Assembly (NCBI GenBank): GCA_033762295.1
Contig: JANRLW010000058.1
Coordinates: forward strand, 1 to 61,821
Source: Capsulimonadales bacterium
GTDB lineage: Bacteria; Armatimonadota; Armatimonadia; Armatimonadales; Armatimonadaceae
DNA: 61,821 nt
Reading direction: 5' to 3'
A program made the translations under genes and the position numbers. The notes under the pieces are model-generated. The model ran no database searches and was not told the DNA's origin. It saw only the letters and a program-made list of their open reading frames with translations. This document shows, in pieces, positions 19,839 to 31,432 of this stretch (the first letter of the stretch is position 1; every line of letters starts with the position of its first letter).

Positions 19839-21578
19839 TCAGAGGTCCGGCGTAACATCGAGGGTTCGTTCCCGCTCGTAGGTGACGAGACCGGGCTTCG
19901 CGCCGCGCGGTTTGCGGACAAACCGTTTTTCCGTCATATCCACCGCCACCGTACCGGCATGCTTGATCGCCGTCCCGCTGCGAGCGGCAACGATTCCGGC
20001 CGCCTTCCGCAGGACGGATTCCGGTACACGGTCGGGCTTCCCCTCGGTACGGAGAACGCCGTGCGCCCCCGGCGCGGATCGCACATGAAACCACCAGTCG
20101 GTCGGTGACGCGACCCGGGTGGTCAGGTAGTCGTTCGCCTCCGCCGTCTCGCCAACGAGCAACGTAAATCCGTCCACGGTGAACGTTCGAATTTTGTACC
20201 CCTCGAATTTTTTCGTCGGCGCGGGCCGGCGCTCTCCCGGCGTGGCGATTCGCGCTTCCCCGACGATCTCGGCGAGTTCGCTCCGCAACGGGTCCCACCC
20301 ATCCGATCCGTCGCCGTCGCTCCGTGCCAGCCGCTCGGACAGACGGACGAGACGCGCGATCTCCTGCGTTCGATCCGCCACCTGCCCGGTCGCATACTCG
20401 GCGGCATCCCGCGCCTTGCGCGCACGGACGAAGTACGCTTCGGCATTCTCCTGCGGCGACCGCTTCGGATCGAGCGTTACCGTTGCCGTCTCGCCCGGTT
20501 CGCCGTAGAGATCGGGCAGGACGACGCTGGCCTTCCCTTTTTCAATCGATGCCAGGGCGGCCAGAAGGTTGTTCCCGATCCGTTCATACTCCTCCGCGCG
20601 CGCCGCCTCCTTCAACGTCGCCTGCGCCGCGGTCAGTTCCTTGCGGCGAAAGGCGATCTCCCGCTCCAGGGTTCGCCGCAAATGCTCTCGCTCGGCGTTC
20701 TCCGCCGCCTCCTCACGCCACTCCGAATACAGACCGTCGAGCGCCACCGAAATGTTCTCACGCGGATAGTACCGTTCGGTCGGCAACGACCGGGGCCGGA
20801 ACGGCCAGACACCACAGGGTTCGCCGTCGGCGGTCAGAAGCGTATGGGGTTCGAAACCCTCACGGCGGACCTCCCCGATCAGGTCGAGCAGGACCGTTCG
20901 TGTGTTCGGTTCGCCGCCGGGGTCCGATCCGATGCGGGCGGCGATTTCCGCCGTCGCGAATTTTCCGATCCCGGAAAAGGTTTCCCCGATCCACCGGACA
21001 GCCCCCTCAGGGTCGTCGGGCATCTCGGCGAAGATGGCATCGGCAGGGCCGGTCAGTTCGAACGGATCGACCCGGTCCCGAAACCCCGGCGGGTCCTCGT
21101 ATCGGATTCCGGGTCGGAGCGGGCGCGAAGAGTCCGACGGGACCGGACGCTGGACGCCCAGCACGATCCCCGCCCCGGAAACCAGCGCCAGATTGGCGTT
21201 CCTGCCCATCAGTTCGGCGATCAGACGTACCTTTTCCCCGTCGGCAACCGTGAACACCAGTTCGACCACGCGATCGAGACGGGGCTGTCGGACCTCCAGA
21301 AGAAACGCGCCGTCCAGATATTTCCGGCACACCTGGCAGAACCCCGGCGCCTGGACCGGGTTCGCGCGTTTCTGCGTCGTCCGGTGCAGGCGAAAGCTTT
21401 TCGGATCGGTCGAGATCAGCAGACGCTGTGCACCGCTCCGGCCGTAAACCAGCAGGATCAAATCCTCCGGGATCGGCTGTTGAATCTTCTGAACCCGCGC
21501 GCCGACCGTCGTCGCCCGCAGGTCGGCGCAGACGGCGGCCAGGGTAAAGGCGTCAAAGGGGAGCAGCGACACGGTCAC
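19839..21578 (-). CDS. rqcH: Ribosome quality control protein RqcH (NFACT/FbpA)
   Basis: [41 protein letters not shown]...PGAH. Confidence 0.92.
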   Translation of the reverse strand: MTVSLLPFDAFTLAAVCADLRATTVGARVQKIQQPIPEDLILLVYGRSGAQRLLISTDPKSFRLHRTTQKRANPVQAPGFCQVCRKYLDGAFLLEVRQPRLDRVVELVFTVADGEKVRLIAELMGRNANLALVSGAGIVLGVQRPVPSDSSRPLRPGIRYEDPPGFRDRVDPFELTGPADAIFAEMPDDPEGAVRWIGETFSGIGKFATAEIAARIGSDPGGEPNTRTVLLDLIGEVRREGFEPHTLLTADGEPCGVWPFRPRSLPTERYYPRENISVALDGLYSEWREEAAENAEREHLRRTLEREIAFRRKELTAAQATLKEAARAEEYERIGNNLLAALASIEKGKASVVLPDLYGEPGETATVTLDPKRSPQENAEAYFVRARKARDAAEYATGQVADRTQEIARLVRLSERLARSDGDGSDGWDPLRSELAEIVGEARIATPGERRPAPTKKFEGYKIRTFTVDGFTLLVGETAEANDYLTTRVASPTDWWFHVRSAPGAHGVLRTEGKPDRVPESVLRKAAGIVAARSGTAIKHAGTVAVDMTEKRFVRKPRGAKPGLVTYERERTLDVTPDL

Positions 21579-21640
21579 ACGGCCATTGTATCGTATCGCC
21601 CCGGGACGAAAGGACCGGCAAAACGGGATACAATCGGGGT

Positions 21641-22648
21641 ATGTTGCCTCATACGTCGCCTCGATCGATCGTTCAGCGCCCGCGCCGTCTCCGTACGACA
21701 GCCGGCCTCCGCCGCATGGTTCGGGAAACCGTTCTTGCCGCCGAGAATCTGATCTATCCCCTCTTCGTCGCGCACGGTTCCGACGTTCGCCGCCCCATCC
21801 CCTCCATGCCGGGCGTCTTTCACCTGTCGACGGACACGCTTGTCGCCGAGTGCGAGGCCGCCTTTGGTGAGGGTGTGCCGGCGGTCCTGTTGTTCGGCAT
21901 TCCGGAGGCGAAGGACGCTGTCGGCAGCGAAGCCTACGCCGACGACGGGATCGTTCAGCAGGCGGTTCGCGCCCTGAAACGCCACCTCCCGGACCTGCTC
22001 GTCGTGACCGACGTTTGCCTGTGCGAGTATACGGACCACGGGCACTGCGGGATTATCCGGGATCGTCGGGTGATCAACGATGAGACGCTGGGTCTGCTGG
22101 CGCGGACGGCGGTCAGCCATGCGGCGGCCGGCGCGGATATCGTCGCCCCGTCGGATATGATGGACGCGCGGATCGGAGCGATCCGACAGGCGCTCGACGA
22201 GGCAGGCTTCGCCGAAACCGTCTCCCTGATGAGCTACGCGGCCAAGTACGCGTCGGCGTTTTACGGGCCGTTTCGTGAGGCGGCCGGTTCCGCCCCGGCG
22301 TTCGGCGATCGGCGTTCGTACCAGATGGACCCGGCGAACCGGCGGGAAGCCCTGCGCGAGGTCCGGCTGGATATCGCCGAAGGCGCGGATATCGTCATGG
22401 TCAAACCGGCTCTCGCCTACCTGGATATCGTGCGCGATGTTCGCGAGATGACCGAACTGCCGGTTGCCGCCTACAACGTCTCCGGTGAGTACGCCATGAT
22501 CAAGGCGGCGGCCGCCAACGGCTGGCTGGAGGAGCGGAGAACGGTTTTGGAGATGCTGCTCTCGATGCGCCGCGCCGGGGCCGACCTGATCCTCACGTAC
22601 CATGCGCGGGACGCCGCCCGCTGGCTGTCCGAAAACGACGGACCGTAG
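21641..22648 (+). CDS. hemB: Porphobilinogen synthase (Zn type)
   Basis: [33 protein letters not shown]. Confidence 0.97.
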   Translation: MLPHTSPRSIVQRPRRLRTTAGLRRMVRETVLAAENLIYPLFVAHGSDVRRPIPSMPGVFHLSTDTLVAECEAAFGEGVPAVLLFGIPEAKDAVGSEAYADDGIVQQAVRALKRHLPDLLVVTDVCLCEYTDHGHCGIIRDRRVINDETLGLLARTAVSHAAAGADIVAPSDMMDARIGAIRQALDEAGFAETVSLMSYAAKYASAFYGPFREAAGSAPAFGDRRSYQMDPANRREALREVRLDIAEGADIVMVKPALAYLDIVRDVREMTELPVAAYNVSGEYAMIKAAAANGWLEERRTVLEMLLSMRRAGADLILTYHARDAARWLSENDGP

Positions 22649-22668
22649 GCCGTATCGGCCTACGGTCC
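22640..22668. terminator. 13-bp perfect hairpin between convergent genes
   Basis: ggaccgtaggccg-tat-cggcctacggtcc. Confidence 0.65.
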
Positions 22669-22679
22669 AGGCGAACGGA

Positions 22680-24044
22680 TCAGCGGGCGTACGGGCCGTA
22701 GGTCACGCGCCAGATGACTCCCCCGGCGTCGTCGGTAATCAGCAGGCTGCCGTCACGAGCGACCGCCACGTCGACCGGTCGGCCGAATACCTGCCGATCG
22801 TTGAGGACGAACCCGGTCACGAAGTCCATATACTCCCCGAGGGCCTGTCCGGTTTTGCTGTGCGTCGGGATGAAGAGGATCTTGTATCCGGTACGCAGGT
22901 TACGGTTCCAGGAGCCGTGTGCCGCCGCGAAGAAACCGTACCGGTAGTAACCGGGGAACATCCGCCCCGTATACGGGGTTAACCCCAGAACGGCGGAATG
23001 CGCCTGAATCGGCACATCCGGGGTCAGCACCTGCTCACGCTTCTCCTCGATGCCCGTAGGAAGCGTTCCCCAGCGAGGGTCCTGCCTGCCGCCGTCCGTC
23101 CCCATGTAGAAATAGGGCCAACCGTAGAAGCCCTGTTCGCGAACCTGCGTCACATAGTCCGGAACGAGATCGTTGCCGAGATTGTCTCGTTCGTTGCAGG
23201 TCGTCCAGAGCTGCCCGGTGCGCGGGTGGATCGCCAGCCCGACCGGATTTCGAATGCCGCTGGCAAACACCCGTCCCCGTTCGGGCACCAGGCCGGCACG
23301 GTCCACGGCGAACTCCAGAATGCAGGCGCGATTGGTTTCGTCGATGCCGTTTTCGCCATGATCGGAGAACGAACCGACGGAAACGAACAGCTTCCGGTTA
23401 TCCGGCGAAAAGATCAGGTCGCGGGTCCAGTGGCCTCCGCCCCCCAGTTGCCCGGCTCCGCCGGGAATCTTGGTGTTATCGACCACGACCTCCGGCGCAC
23501 GACGCGCTTCGGTATCTCCGTTCCGGTACGGGATGCGGACCACCGAATCGGTATTGGCGATGTACAGGTGGGTCGGATGGGCCGAACCGGCGGGATAGAA
23601 CCTCAGGCCGAACGGCTGGTTCAAACCGCCAGCGAGAAAGGTGCGGGTCAACAGCGGCCTTCCATCGGACCCGATCCCGCGGAATACCGTGATCGCATTG
23701 GAATAGCTGCGCACGACGAAAATATCCCCGTTCGGAGCGACCGCGATCTTGCGCGGTCCGTCGATATTGTCGGCAAAAACGCGGATCGAGAAACCGGGCA
23801 TCGTCCTCGGAAGAACGTTCGCCGGGCGGGCGACGGTCTCCGAAGGCGCCCAGGCCAGTGCCGAGGCATACGGGGCGGGAAGCGCCGAGGGGGCGAAGCG
23901 TCGGCGCAATCCCGGCCGATCCCGGGTGTAATCGCCCAGAGCGTTCGTCCCTGTCAGAACCGGGGTTCCCGGTTGGGCCGCCGCGGGCATCGCTCCGAAC
24001 AACCCCAGAGCGAACCACGGCCATAGCAAGAGGCGTCTGATCAT
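22680..24044 (-). CDS. PQQ-dependent sugar / L-sorbosone dehydrogenase family protein
   Basis: HWTR, GIRNPVG, NERD, YGWPY, HGSWNR, GRPV; signal peptide. Confidence 0.9.
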   Translation of the reverse strand: MIRRLLLWPWFALGLFGAMPAAAQPGTPVLTGTNALGDYTRDRPGLRRRFAPSALPAPYASALAWAPSETVARPANVLPRTMPGFSIRVFADNIDGPRKIAVAPNGDIFVVRSYSNAITVFRGIGSDGRPLLTRTFLAGGLNQPFGLRFYPAGSAHPTHLYIANTDSVVRIPYRNGDTEARRAPEVVVDNTKIPGGAGQLGGGGHWTRDLIFSPDNRKLFVSVGSFSDHGENGIDETNRACILEFAVDRAGLVPERGRVFASGIRNPVGLAIHPRTGQLWTTCNERDNLGNDLVPDYVTQVREQGFYGWPYFYMGTDGGRQDPRWGTLPTGIEEKREQVLTPDVPIQAHSAVLGLTPYTGRMFPGYYRYGFFAAAHGSWNRNLRTGYKILFIPTHSKTGQALGEYMDFVTGFVLNDRQVFGRPVDVAVARDGSLLITDDAGGVIWRVTYGPYAR

Positions 24045-24062
24045 CGAAAACCCTTCTAAGGA

Positions 24063-24076
24063 TTAAACCGTTTACA
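24063..24076. promoter_or_regulatory. LacI-family/cre-like operator candidate
   Basis: TTAAACCGTTTACA, one mismatch to TGWAANCGNTNWCA, between a minus-strand TATAAT and the start codon. Confidence 0.45.
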
Positions 24077-24168
24077 TATTCAAATATTAACTGCCAGTCC
24101 TATACATTTATTATAGGGCGGTGACGTCGGTTTCGCGAGGCTGAGCGGCGGTTTTTCGACGTGCGGTA

Positions 24169-24786
24169 TCAGCCGACGTATTCGGTCAGGACATCGCGAT
24201 GCTGCGCCGCGACCGCATGCACTCGATAAAACCGGTACTTGATCGTATTCAGATTACAGTTCAGCCGGACGGCGATCTCCGCCAGGGTCAATTCGGTGAA
24301 ATAGTACATCTCCAGCAGTTGCCGTTGCTCCCGCGTGAGTCGCGCCAGCAACCGGGTTGCCGTATCCCGCTCGGCGGTCGGCGGGACCGGAACCGCGAGA
24401 CGCGCCTCGATTTCGGCGGTTTCCGGTTCCAGCGGGATCTCATGCTTCCGACAACGGCACTGCCAGCGATGGTGATCGACGGCCTTTCGCGCGGCGATAC
24501 CGAACAGCCAGGAGCGGAAACGGACGCGCAGTTCGAGGCGGGGAATCGCCTGCCACGCAGCCAGAAGCGTCTCCTGGAGCACATCCTCCGAGGCGTCCGG
24601 GCCGACCGACTGATTCAGAAAGGCATGCAGGTGGCGGCGATGGAGGCATACCAGCCTATTGAAGGCGGCTCGATCCCTTTTCCGCGCCGCCTCGACCAGA
24701 CGACGTTCCTCCACGATTTCCATCGTCGCAGCGACCATCGGCACGGAGAACGTTTCGGTCGATATACGCATTCGTCCTTGTGGCAT
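24169..24786 (-). CDS. ECF RNA polymerase sigma factor
   Basis: AFNRLV, EDVLQET, FRSWLFGIA (region 2); LTLAEIA..L..NLNTIK (region 4); start uncertain. Confidence 0.88.
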   Translation of the reverse strand: MPQGRMRISTETFSVPMVAATMEIVEERRLVEAARKRDRAAFNRLVCLHRRHLHAFLNQSVGPDASEDVLQETLLAAWQAIPRLELRVRFRSWLFGIAARKAVDHHRWQCRCRKHEIPLEPETAEIEARLAVPVPPTAERDTATRLLARLTREQRQLLEMYYFTELTLAEIAVRLNCNLNTIKYRFYRVHAVAAQHRDVLTEYVG

Positions 24787-24869
24787 ATGACGAGCATCCT
24801 TTCGGCCCGGCCCGACAGACAGGTTTGCCGTTTCGTTCCGGGTTGCTTCGTATAAAGATTATCGGGATG

Positions 24870-24913
24870 AGGTTACAAACAGGTAACATACAGGTAAAGA
24901 TGCGGCTACATTC
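24870..24913. promoter_or_regulatory. Four 11-bp-period direct repeats (OmpR-family site candidate)
   Basis: aggttacaaac / aggtaacatac / aggtaaagatg / cggctacattc. Confidence 0.65.
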
Positions 24914-25020
24914 AACAGCCTGTTTTCAGGCGGTCCCGCCGCTTCGTAACCGTTCCGTAACCTTGCCGCGTTACGATGTGGCAGGAAGGAATCGACCGCC
25001 GTTTTCGGAGGAATGCCCGC

Positions 25021-26235
25021 ATGTCTCCCCGGATGGTAGAGACGCTATACTCGATCAGCCTGCTTTTTTCGCCTGAGCCGGAGACGGTCTTCCGGCGAAT
25101 CGCCGAGGTCGTTTCGGAGATGTACGGCAATACCATGGCGATGATCAACCTGATGGAAGGCGACTGCCTGCGTTTCCGCACCGTGGTCAACCGCCACCCG
25201 GCATTCAAACCGGAAGGTCGCCTGCCGAAGCGGTATTCGCTCTGTCAGTTTTCGATCGGAGCGATTCGTCCCCTGTTGATACAGAATGCCACCGAACACC
25301 CTGACTTTTGTAACCATGTCGTTGTCCGCATGAAACTGCGCCGTTACCTCGGTGTTCCAATATGTCGTTCGGATGGAAGCAGTATCGGGACGCTTTGCTT
25401 TCTGGACGACCGGGTGGACGACGTTCTGGGCGACGATGACATACAGTTTCTTTCGTTTCTGGCCATGCGGGTCAGCGTCGAACTGGAACGGGAACGATTG
25501 ATCGAGGAGCGGATCGCCGAACAGCGAGCGTACGCCGAACGCCTGCAGGCGACGGCACAGGAGAAACGCCGCTTCGTCTCGATGGTCATTCACGATCTTC
25601 GACACCCGCTCGCCGCTCTGCAAGCCGGACTCTATCTTTTGAAGATCGAAACCGATTCCGATCATCGGGACGCCCATCTACGAACCCTTGAGGGCCGCGT
25701 CCGCGCTCTGGGCGTACTCCTGGATGAACTGGTGCTGTACGATCAGGTCGAGGCCGGGCGTCGACTGCTGCACATTGAGCCCATCTCGCTCGGACCGCTG
25801 GTTGAGGACTGTATAGCGCAAGTGACCGGAATGACCGGAGATGACCGCGTTCCCGTGCGGGTCGAGATCGCGCCGGAGGTCGGGTCCGTCGAGACCGACG
25901 CACGGAAGCTCAAACATATCCTGATGAACCTCCTGACGAACGCTCTGAAGTTCACGGCCTGCGGACGCGTCATTATCCGCGTCTGCGACCACGACGACGA
26001 AAACTGGCGTCTGGAGGTCGAGGATACCGGCATCGGCATGACCGAGGCGCAACAGCGCAAAGTCTTCGATGAATACGTCTCCGGTGCGGAGGGGGGCATC
26101 GGTCTCGGTCTGACCATCGCCCACCGACTCTGGACCGAACTCCGGGCCACGGTGACCCTGACCAGCGAACCCGGCCAGGGAACCCGGTTCCGACTGGTTT
26201 TTCCGCGATCCTGGCCCGCGTCGGCGGACGCTTAA
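25021..26235 (+). CDS. GAF sensor histidine kinase (soluble)
   Basis: GGAGG SD; GAF; HDLRHPL H-box, NLLTNALKFT, DTGIG, GLGL. Confidence 0.92.
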   Translation: MSPRMVETLYSISLLFSPEPETVFRRIAEVVSEMYGNTMAMINLMEGDCLRFRTVVNRHPAFKPEGRLPKRYSLCQFSIGAIRPLLIQNATEHPDFCNHVVVRMKLRRYLGVPICRSDGSSIGTLCFLDDRVDDVLGDDDIQFLSFLAMRVSVELERERLIEERIAEQRAYAERLQATAQEKRRFVSMVIHDLRHPLAALQAGLYLLKIETDSDHRDAHLRTLEGRVRALGVLLDELVLYDQVEAGRRLLHIEPISLGPLVEDCIAQVTGMTGDDRVPVRVEIAPEVGSVETDARKLKHILMNLLTNALKFTACGRVIIRVCDHDDENWRLEVEDTGIGMTEAQQRKVFDEYVSGAEGGIGLGLTIAHRLWTELRATVTLTSEPGQGTRFRLVFPRSWPASADA

Positions 26236-26256
26236 AAACACAGGAAGAAACACAGG

Positions 26257-27511
26257 GTGCCAGTGCAGGTTTCATCATGGCCCTTCACCGGGCGAGGCAA
26301 GGACCCCGCTCAACGGGGATTGCAGGAGTACCGAGTGCTGCGAAGCGCACAATACGAACCCTTGATACAGGCGCTGTTTCGGGCGACCGATTACGGTGTC
26401 CTGATGACCGACACGGAAGGAACGGATATCCTCTGTAATCCGCGCTTCGGTGTGCTGTTCGGTATCGACGCCGAAACCGTCGTCCGCCTGCCGCGCGAGG
26501 AGGTTCGGGCGATCGCGCTTTCGCGGGTACGGGACGCGGACGCGTTCGGCGCGACCATGGAACGGGCCTACGCCGATCCCCGTCTGGAGTTCGAGGACGA
26601 TATCGAGGTCATCTATCCCGGAAACACCGTTCTTCGACGGCATACCGCCCCGGTTCTGGACACGGAAGGCCGGGTTCTCGGACGCGTCTGGACTTTTCTC
26701 GATGTCACCGAGACCCGCCGCCTGCAGGCCGAGGTCGGCTCCTACGCCAAACATCTGGAACTGCGCCTGGCGCAGCAGGCGGAAGCGTTGAAGACCGCCC
26801 ATGACGAACTGCTCGAAGCGGCGCGGATGCAGGCGGTCGGAACCCTGGCGATGGGGATCGCGCATGACCTGCGCAATATCCTGACGACGCTTCGCCTGGA
26901 GATCTCCTCGCTGGACGATGCCCCCTATCAGGCTCTCGCCCGACAGCAACTGGATCGCCTTTATGCCCTGACGCACTCCCTCCTGGCGTTGACCGAGGAC
27001 GCCCCCCTGCTGTCCGGACCGGTCGATGTCAGCGAGATTCTCGACTTCGTCTTCGGACTGGTGCGCGGTCAGGCGGAGGTGGACGGCGTTCGACTGCGTA
27101 AACGGGTCACCGGGAAGATCCCGCCCGTTCAGGGGAATCCGCGCCGATTGGAACACCTGTTCGTCAATCTGCTCCGTAACGGACTCAACGCGGTCGCGGC
27201 GCAGGGAGGAACGATCACGGCATCGATCCGCTGTGACGGCGGTCAGGTGCGGGTCGATGTCTCCGATACGGGGCCGGGCATTGCCCCCGAACATCTGCCC
27301 CGCCTGTTCGAACCCTTTTTCAGCACCCGTGCCAACCATACCGGTCTGGGACTCTTTTCTGCCCGGCGGATCGTCGAAGCCCACCGTGGCAGTATTCGTA
27401 TCGAAAGCAAAGCCAACAAAGGTACACGTGTTTCCGTCTGGCTTCCGTTGGCGGAACTCCCTTCCGTCGAACCGGAGGACGAACCGGGCGAGAAAGGATC
27501 GAAGGGCACCG

Positions 27512-27540
<29 letters not shown>
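26257..27540 (+). CDS. PAS sensor histidine kinase (soluble)
   Basis: PAS/PAC; AHDLRN, NLLRN, DTGPGI, PFFST, TGLGL; start uncertain. Confidence 0.9.
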
Positions 27541-28210
<670 letters not shown>

Positions 28211-28252
28211 CACCGAACGACGATCCCGATGGGCGATCCCGTGTCGTTTCGC

Positions 28253-29176
28253 CTATTTCGGTTGATCGCGCCAGATCCAGCGCAGGATATCCGGGAGGAT
28301 CGCGCCGCCGTGGTCGTCCGCATGCCGTCCCTCCCCGAATACATAGTTCAATTCATAGCCCTTCTCGGTCAGAGCGGCGACCATTTCACGATTTTGCAGA
28401 TACCAGTCGCGCTTCGGATTGTTCGGATTTCGGTTATCGTCGAAGCCGTCCTCAATGAAAATACGGAGCGGTTTGCGTTCGCTCTTTCGGATCAGTTCCG
28501 GATAGACGTGCCCGCCCCGTATATCGGTGAAACTGCCGATCAGGCTGATGACGTTGCGAAATTCGTTCGGCCGCTCCCAGGCGACCGTAAACGCGCAGAT
28601 CGCCCCGCTGCTCGCCCCGCCGATCGCGCGTCCCGCCGGGTCCTTCGTCAGGTTGTACTGTTTGCCGACTTCGGGCAGCATCTCCTCGACCACGAAACGG
28701 GCGTACGCATCTCCGAGCGAATCGTATTCGACACTTCGGTTGTTCGGATTGCCGAACCCCAGACTGTCGGGATACTCCTCGCCGCGCTGGCCGGGCGTGA
28801 TAAAGATACCGATCGTCACCGGAATCTGCCGTTTATGAATCAGGTTATCCAGTACGTTTTGCACCCGGAGAACGCCGTTCGGATTCGTCGCCCGCTGCCC
28901 GTCCTGAAAAACGAGAACGCAGGCCGGTTTCGCGGCCTCGTACTGTGTCGGAACGTAGACCCAGTATTTTCGCACGGTTCCCGCAAAAACCCGGCTCCGA
29001 AAAAGGAACGGTCCTTCGAGTTTCCCTCGCGGAACGTCGTCCTGTGGCAGTGAATCCGGTCCCAGGCGAAACGCCACCGTTTTCGGTTTCGTCTCCTGCG
29101 CCGCTGCCGCTCCCACCGGCAGCACCAACAGCAAAGCCGCCCACACCATGAACATCCTCCGTCGCCTCTGTCCCAC
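28253..29176 (-). CDS. Secreted enterochelin esterase-like alpha/beta hydrolase
   Basis: VFQDG, RSVEYD, GASSG nucleophile, C-terminal His; signal peptide. Confidence 0.87.
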   Translation of the reverse strand: MGQRRRRMFMVWAALLLVLPVGAAAAQETKPKTVAFRLGPDSLPQDDVPRGKLEGPFLFRSRVFAGTVRKYWVYVPTQYEAAKPACVLVFQDGQRATNPNGVLRVQNVLDNLIHKRQIPVTIGIFITPGQRGEEYPDSLGFGNPNNRSVEYDSLGDAYARFVVEEMLPEVGKQYNLTKDPAGRAIGGASSGAICAFTVAWERPNEFRNVISLIGSFTDIRGGHVYPELIRKSERKPLRIFIEDGFDDNRNPNNPKRDWYLQNREMVAALTEKGYELNYVFGEGRHADDHGGAILPDILRWIWRDQPK

Positions 29177-29313
29177 TCCTTGCCTCCTGTTCCGTTTCCC
29201 TTCATGGAAACGGGATTCTCCCGGCGATTTGCGTCCTTGACCGAACAGGTACGCCTGGAATAGAATTTACCGAATCCACGACGGATTTACTCTCCATCAA
29301 GGTGAAACGAACC

Positions 29314-30276
29314 ATGCAGTACGTGAACCTCGGCCGAACCGGCCTGAAGGTCAGCCGCCTCTGTCTCGGCACGATGAACTTCGGGCCGCGCACTACCGAA
29401 TCCGACTCCTATATCATCATGGACCGGGCGCTGGAACTCGGCATCAACTTCTGGGACACTGCCAACGTCTACGGCGGCAAAAAAGGCGAAGGCGTCACCG
29501 AGCAGATTATCGGCCGCTACTTCGCGCAGGGCGGCGGACGGCGGGAGAAGGTCGTCCTGGCGACGAAGGTCTATGGCGACATGGGCGACTGGCCCAATAT
29601 GAGTCGACTGTCCGCTCTGCATATCCGACGCGCCTGCGACGAGAGCCTCCGCCGTCTGCAGACCGATTACATCGACCTCTACCAGATGCATCATGTCTGG
29701 CGCGACGCCCCGTGGGAGGAGATATGGCAGGCGATGGAGCTTCTGGTACAGCAGGGCAAGGTGCTGTACATCGGTTCCTCCAACTTCGCCGGATGGCATA
29801 TCGCCAAGGCCAATGAAGCGGCGAAACGACGGAACTTCCTTGGACTGGTCAGCGAGCAGAGCCTCTATAACCTGAACGCCCGCATGGTGGAACGTGACCT
29901 GCTTCCGGCCTGCGAGGACTACGGGGTCGGCGTCATTCCGTGGAGTCCGCTTGCGGGCGGTCTTCTCGGCGGCATTCTGGGCGATATCGAGGAGGGTTCC
30001 CGCCGCGCCGGGATCAAACTCGATGACGCCGGCCGCTCCCGAATGGAGAAATGGGAAGCGCTCTGCCGCGAGATCGGGGAACAGCCCGCCGATGTCGCCG
30101 TCGCCTGGCTGCTGCATCAGAAAGCCGTCACCGCGCCGATCATCGGTCCGCGCACCCTGGCACAGCTGGACGAGGGCATGCGTGCCCTCGAAATCACGCT
30201 CTCCGAGGAGACGCTGAAAAAACTCGACGAAATCTTCCCGGGCTATCGCCCCTCTCCCGAAGGGTACGCCTGGTAA
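29314..30276 (+). CDS. Aldo/keto reductase
   Basis: LGTMNFG, DTANVYG, IDLYQMH, PWSPLAGG. Confidence 0.95.
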   Translation: MQYVNLGRTGLKVSRLCLGTMNFGPRTTESDSYIIMDRALELGINFWDTANVYGGKKGEGVTEQIIGRYFAQGGGRREKVVLATKVYGDMGDWPNMSRLSALHIRRACDESLRRLQTDYIDLYQMHHVWRDAPWEEIWQAMELLVQQGKVLYIGSSNFAGWHIAKANEAAKRRNFLGLVSEQSLYNLNARMVERDLLPACEDYGVGVIPWSPLAGGLLGGILGDIEEGSRRAGIKLDDAGRSRMEKWEALCREIGEQPADVAVAWLLHQKAVTAPIIGPRTLAQLDEGMRALEITLSEETLKKLDEIFPGYRPSPEGYAW

Positions 30277-30288
30277 TCGCACGACCGC

Positions 30289-30308
30289 CCCCTCTCCATG
30301 GAGAGGGG
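30289..30308. terminator. Perfect palindrome between convergent genes
   Basis: cccctctccatggagagggg. Confidence 0.55.
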
Positions 30309-30313
30309 CGCCT

Positions 30314-31315
30314 CTACCCCAGCGACGCAAACAGTTCTGCGATAGTCGTGGCGCGTTTTGCGGTGCGGAAATCCGGGAAGTTATCGCACATCTCGGCGAC
30401 CCTGAGCCACTGTTTCATCCGGGAGACCAGATAGCGCTCCGCGCGCATCGGAGGAACCTCCGGATTATGAGGGGTTCGCATCACCAGACGCATGAGGTAG
30501 GGACGCCAATCGGGAACGGAGCGGGCATCGGGAATCGGTCGCGCGTCCATCGGGGCGATTCCGAGTTCCGCCGCGATACGATGTGTCAGAAACGGGTCTG
30601 CGATCGCTCCCCGCCCGACCATCACATGAAGGCAACCCGTCTCCTCAAAGCAACGGCGGAACCCTTCCCGTGTTCGGATGTCTCCGTTCGCCACGACCGG
30701 AATCTTCAACTGCTCCCTCACCTTACCGATCGGACGCCAGAGGGCGGGCGGCTTATAGCCCTGCGTCCGCGTTCGGCCATGGATGGTCAGCCAATCCGCG
30801 CCGCCTTCCGCCGCCATGGCCGCATTCTCAAAGATCGCGTCCTCGGAATCCCAGCCGAGACGCAGCTTTGCCGAGACGGGAATCGTCGGCGGAACCGCCT
30901 GACGTATGGCGGCCACAATGTCGCGGATGCGCTTCGGGTACTTGAGAAGGGTCGCGCCGCCGTCATGATTGTTGACCGTTGCGGCGGGACAGCCGAAATT
31001 TATATCGATGGCCTGCGCCCCCGCGCGACAGGCCACCACCGCCGACTCCGCCATGAGTTCGGGGTTTCCTCCTAGAAGTTGCACCTGAACCGGCAACCCG
31101 GTCGGGGTGCATCCGCCCTGCAGCAACTCGGGAATCTCCCGATGGAAAACGGTCCGTGGCAGGACATTGCCGCTGACACGAACAAACTCCGAGACGGCAA
31201 AGGAAAAAACGCCCAGTTCTCCCTGAACGGCCCGCATCGGCGCATCGGTGAGGCCGTCCATCGGTGCAAGGATGATCGCGGGTACATCGGGTCGGAGGCG
31301 GATGGCAGTGTTCAC
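30314..31315 (-). CDS. dusC: tRNA-dihydrouridine synthase (DusC-like)
   Basis: LAPMDG, INFGCP, K.RLGW, HGRT, ANGDI, GRG. Confidence 0.88.
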   Translation of the reverse strand: MNTAIRLRPDVPAIILAPMDGLTDAPMRAVQGELGVFSFAVSEFVRVSGNVLPRTVFHREIPELLQGGCTPTGLPVQVQLLGGNPELMAESAVVACRAGAQAIDINFGCPAATVNNHDGGATLLKYPKRIRDIVAAIRQAVPPTIPVSAKLRLGWDSEDAIFENAAMAAEGGADWLTIHGRTRTQGYKPPALWRPIGKVREQLKIPVVANGDIRTREGFRRCFEETGCLHVMVGRGAIADPFLTHRIAAELGIAPMDARPIPDARSVPDWRPYLMRLVMRTPHNPEVPPMRAERYLVSRMKQWLRVAEMCDNFPDFRTAKRATTIAELFASLG

Positions 31316-31432
31316 GTCCCTATTATACGGGATGCCTCGGCGCGAATACGGGAAAGGATGGGAAGCCCGGTGGAAACGCTCGGGGAACCGGCCCCTTCCG
31401 GTTCACCGAGCGTCCCCGGTTTCCCGGCCGGG

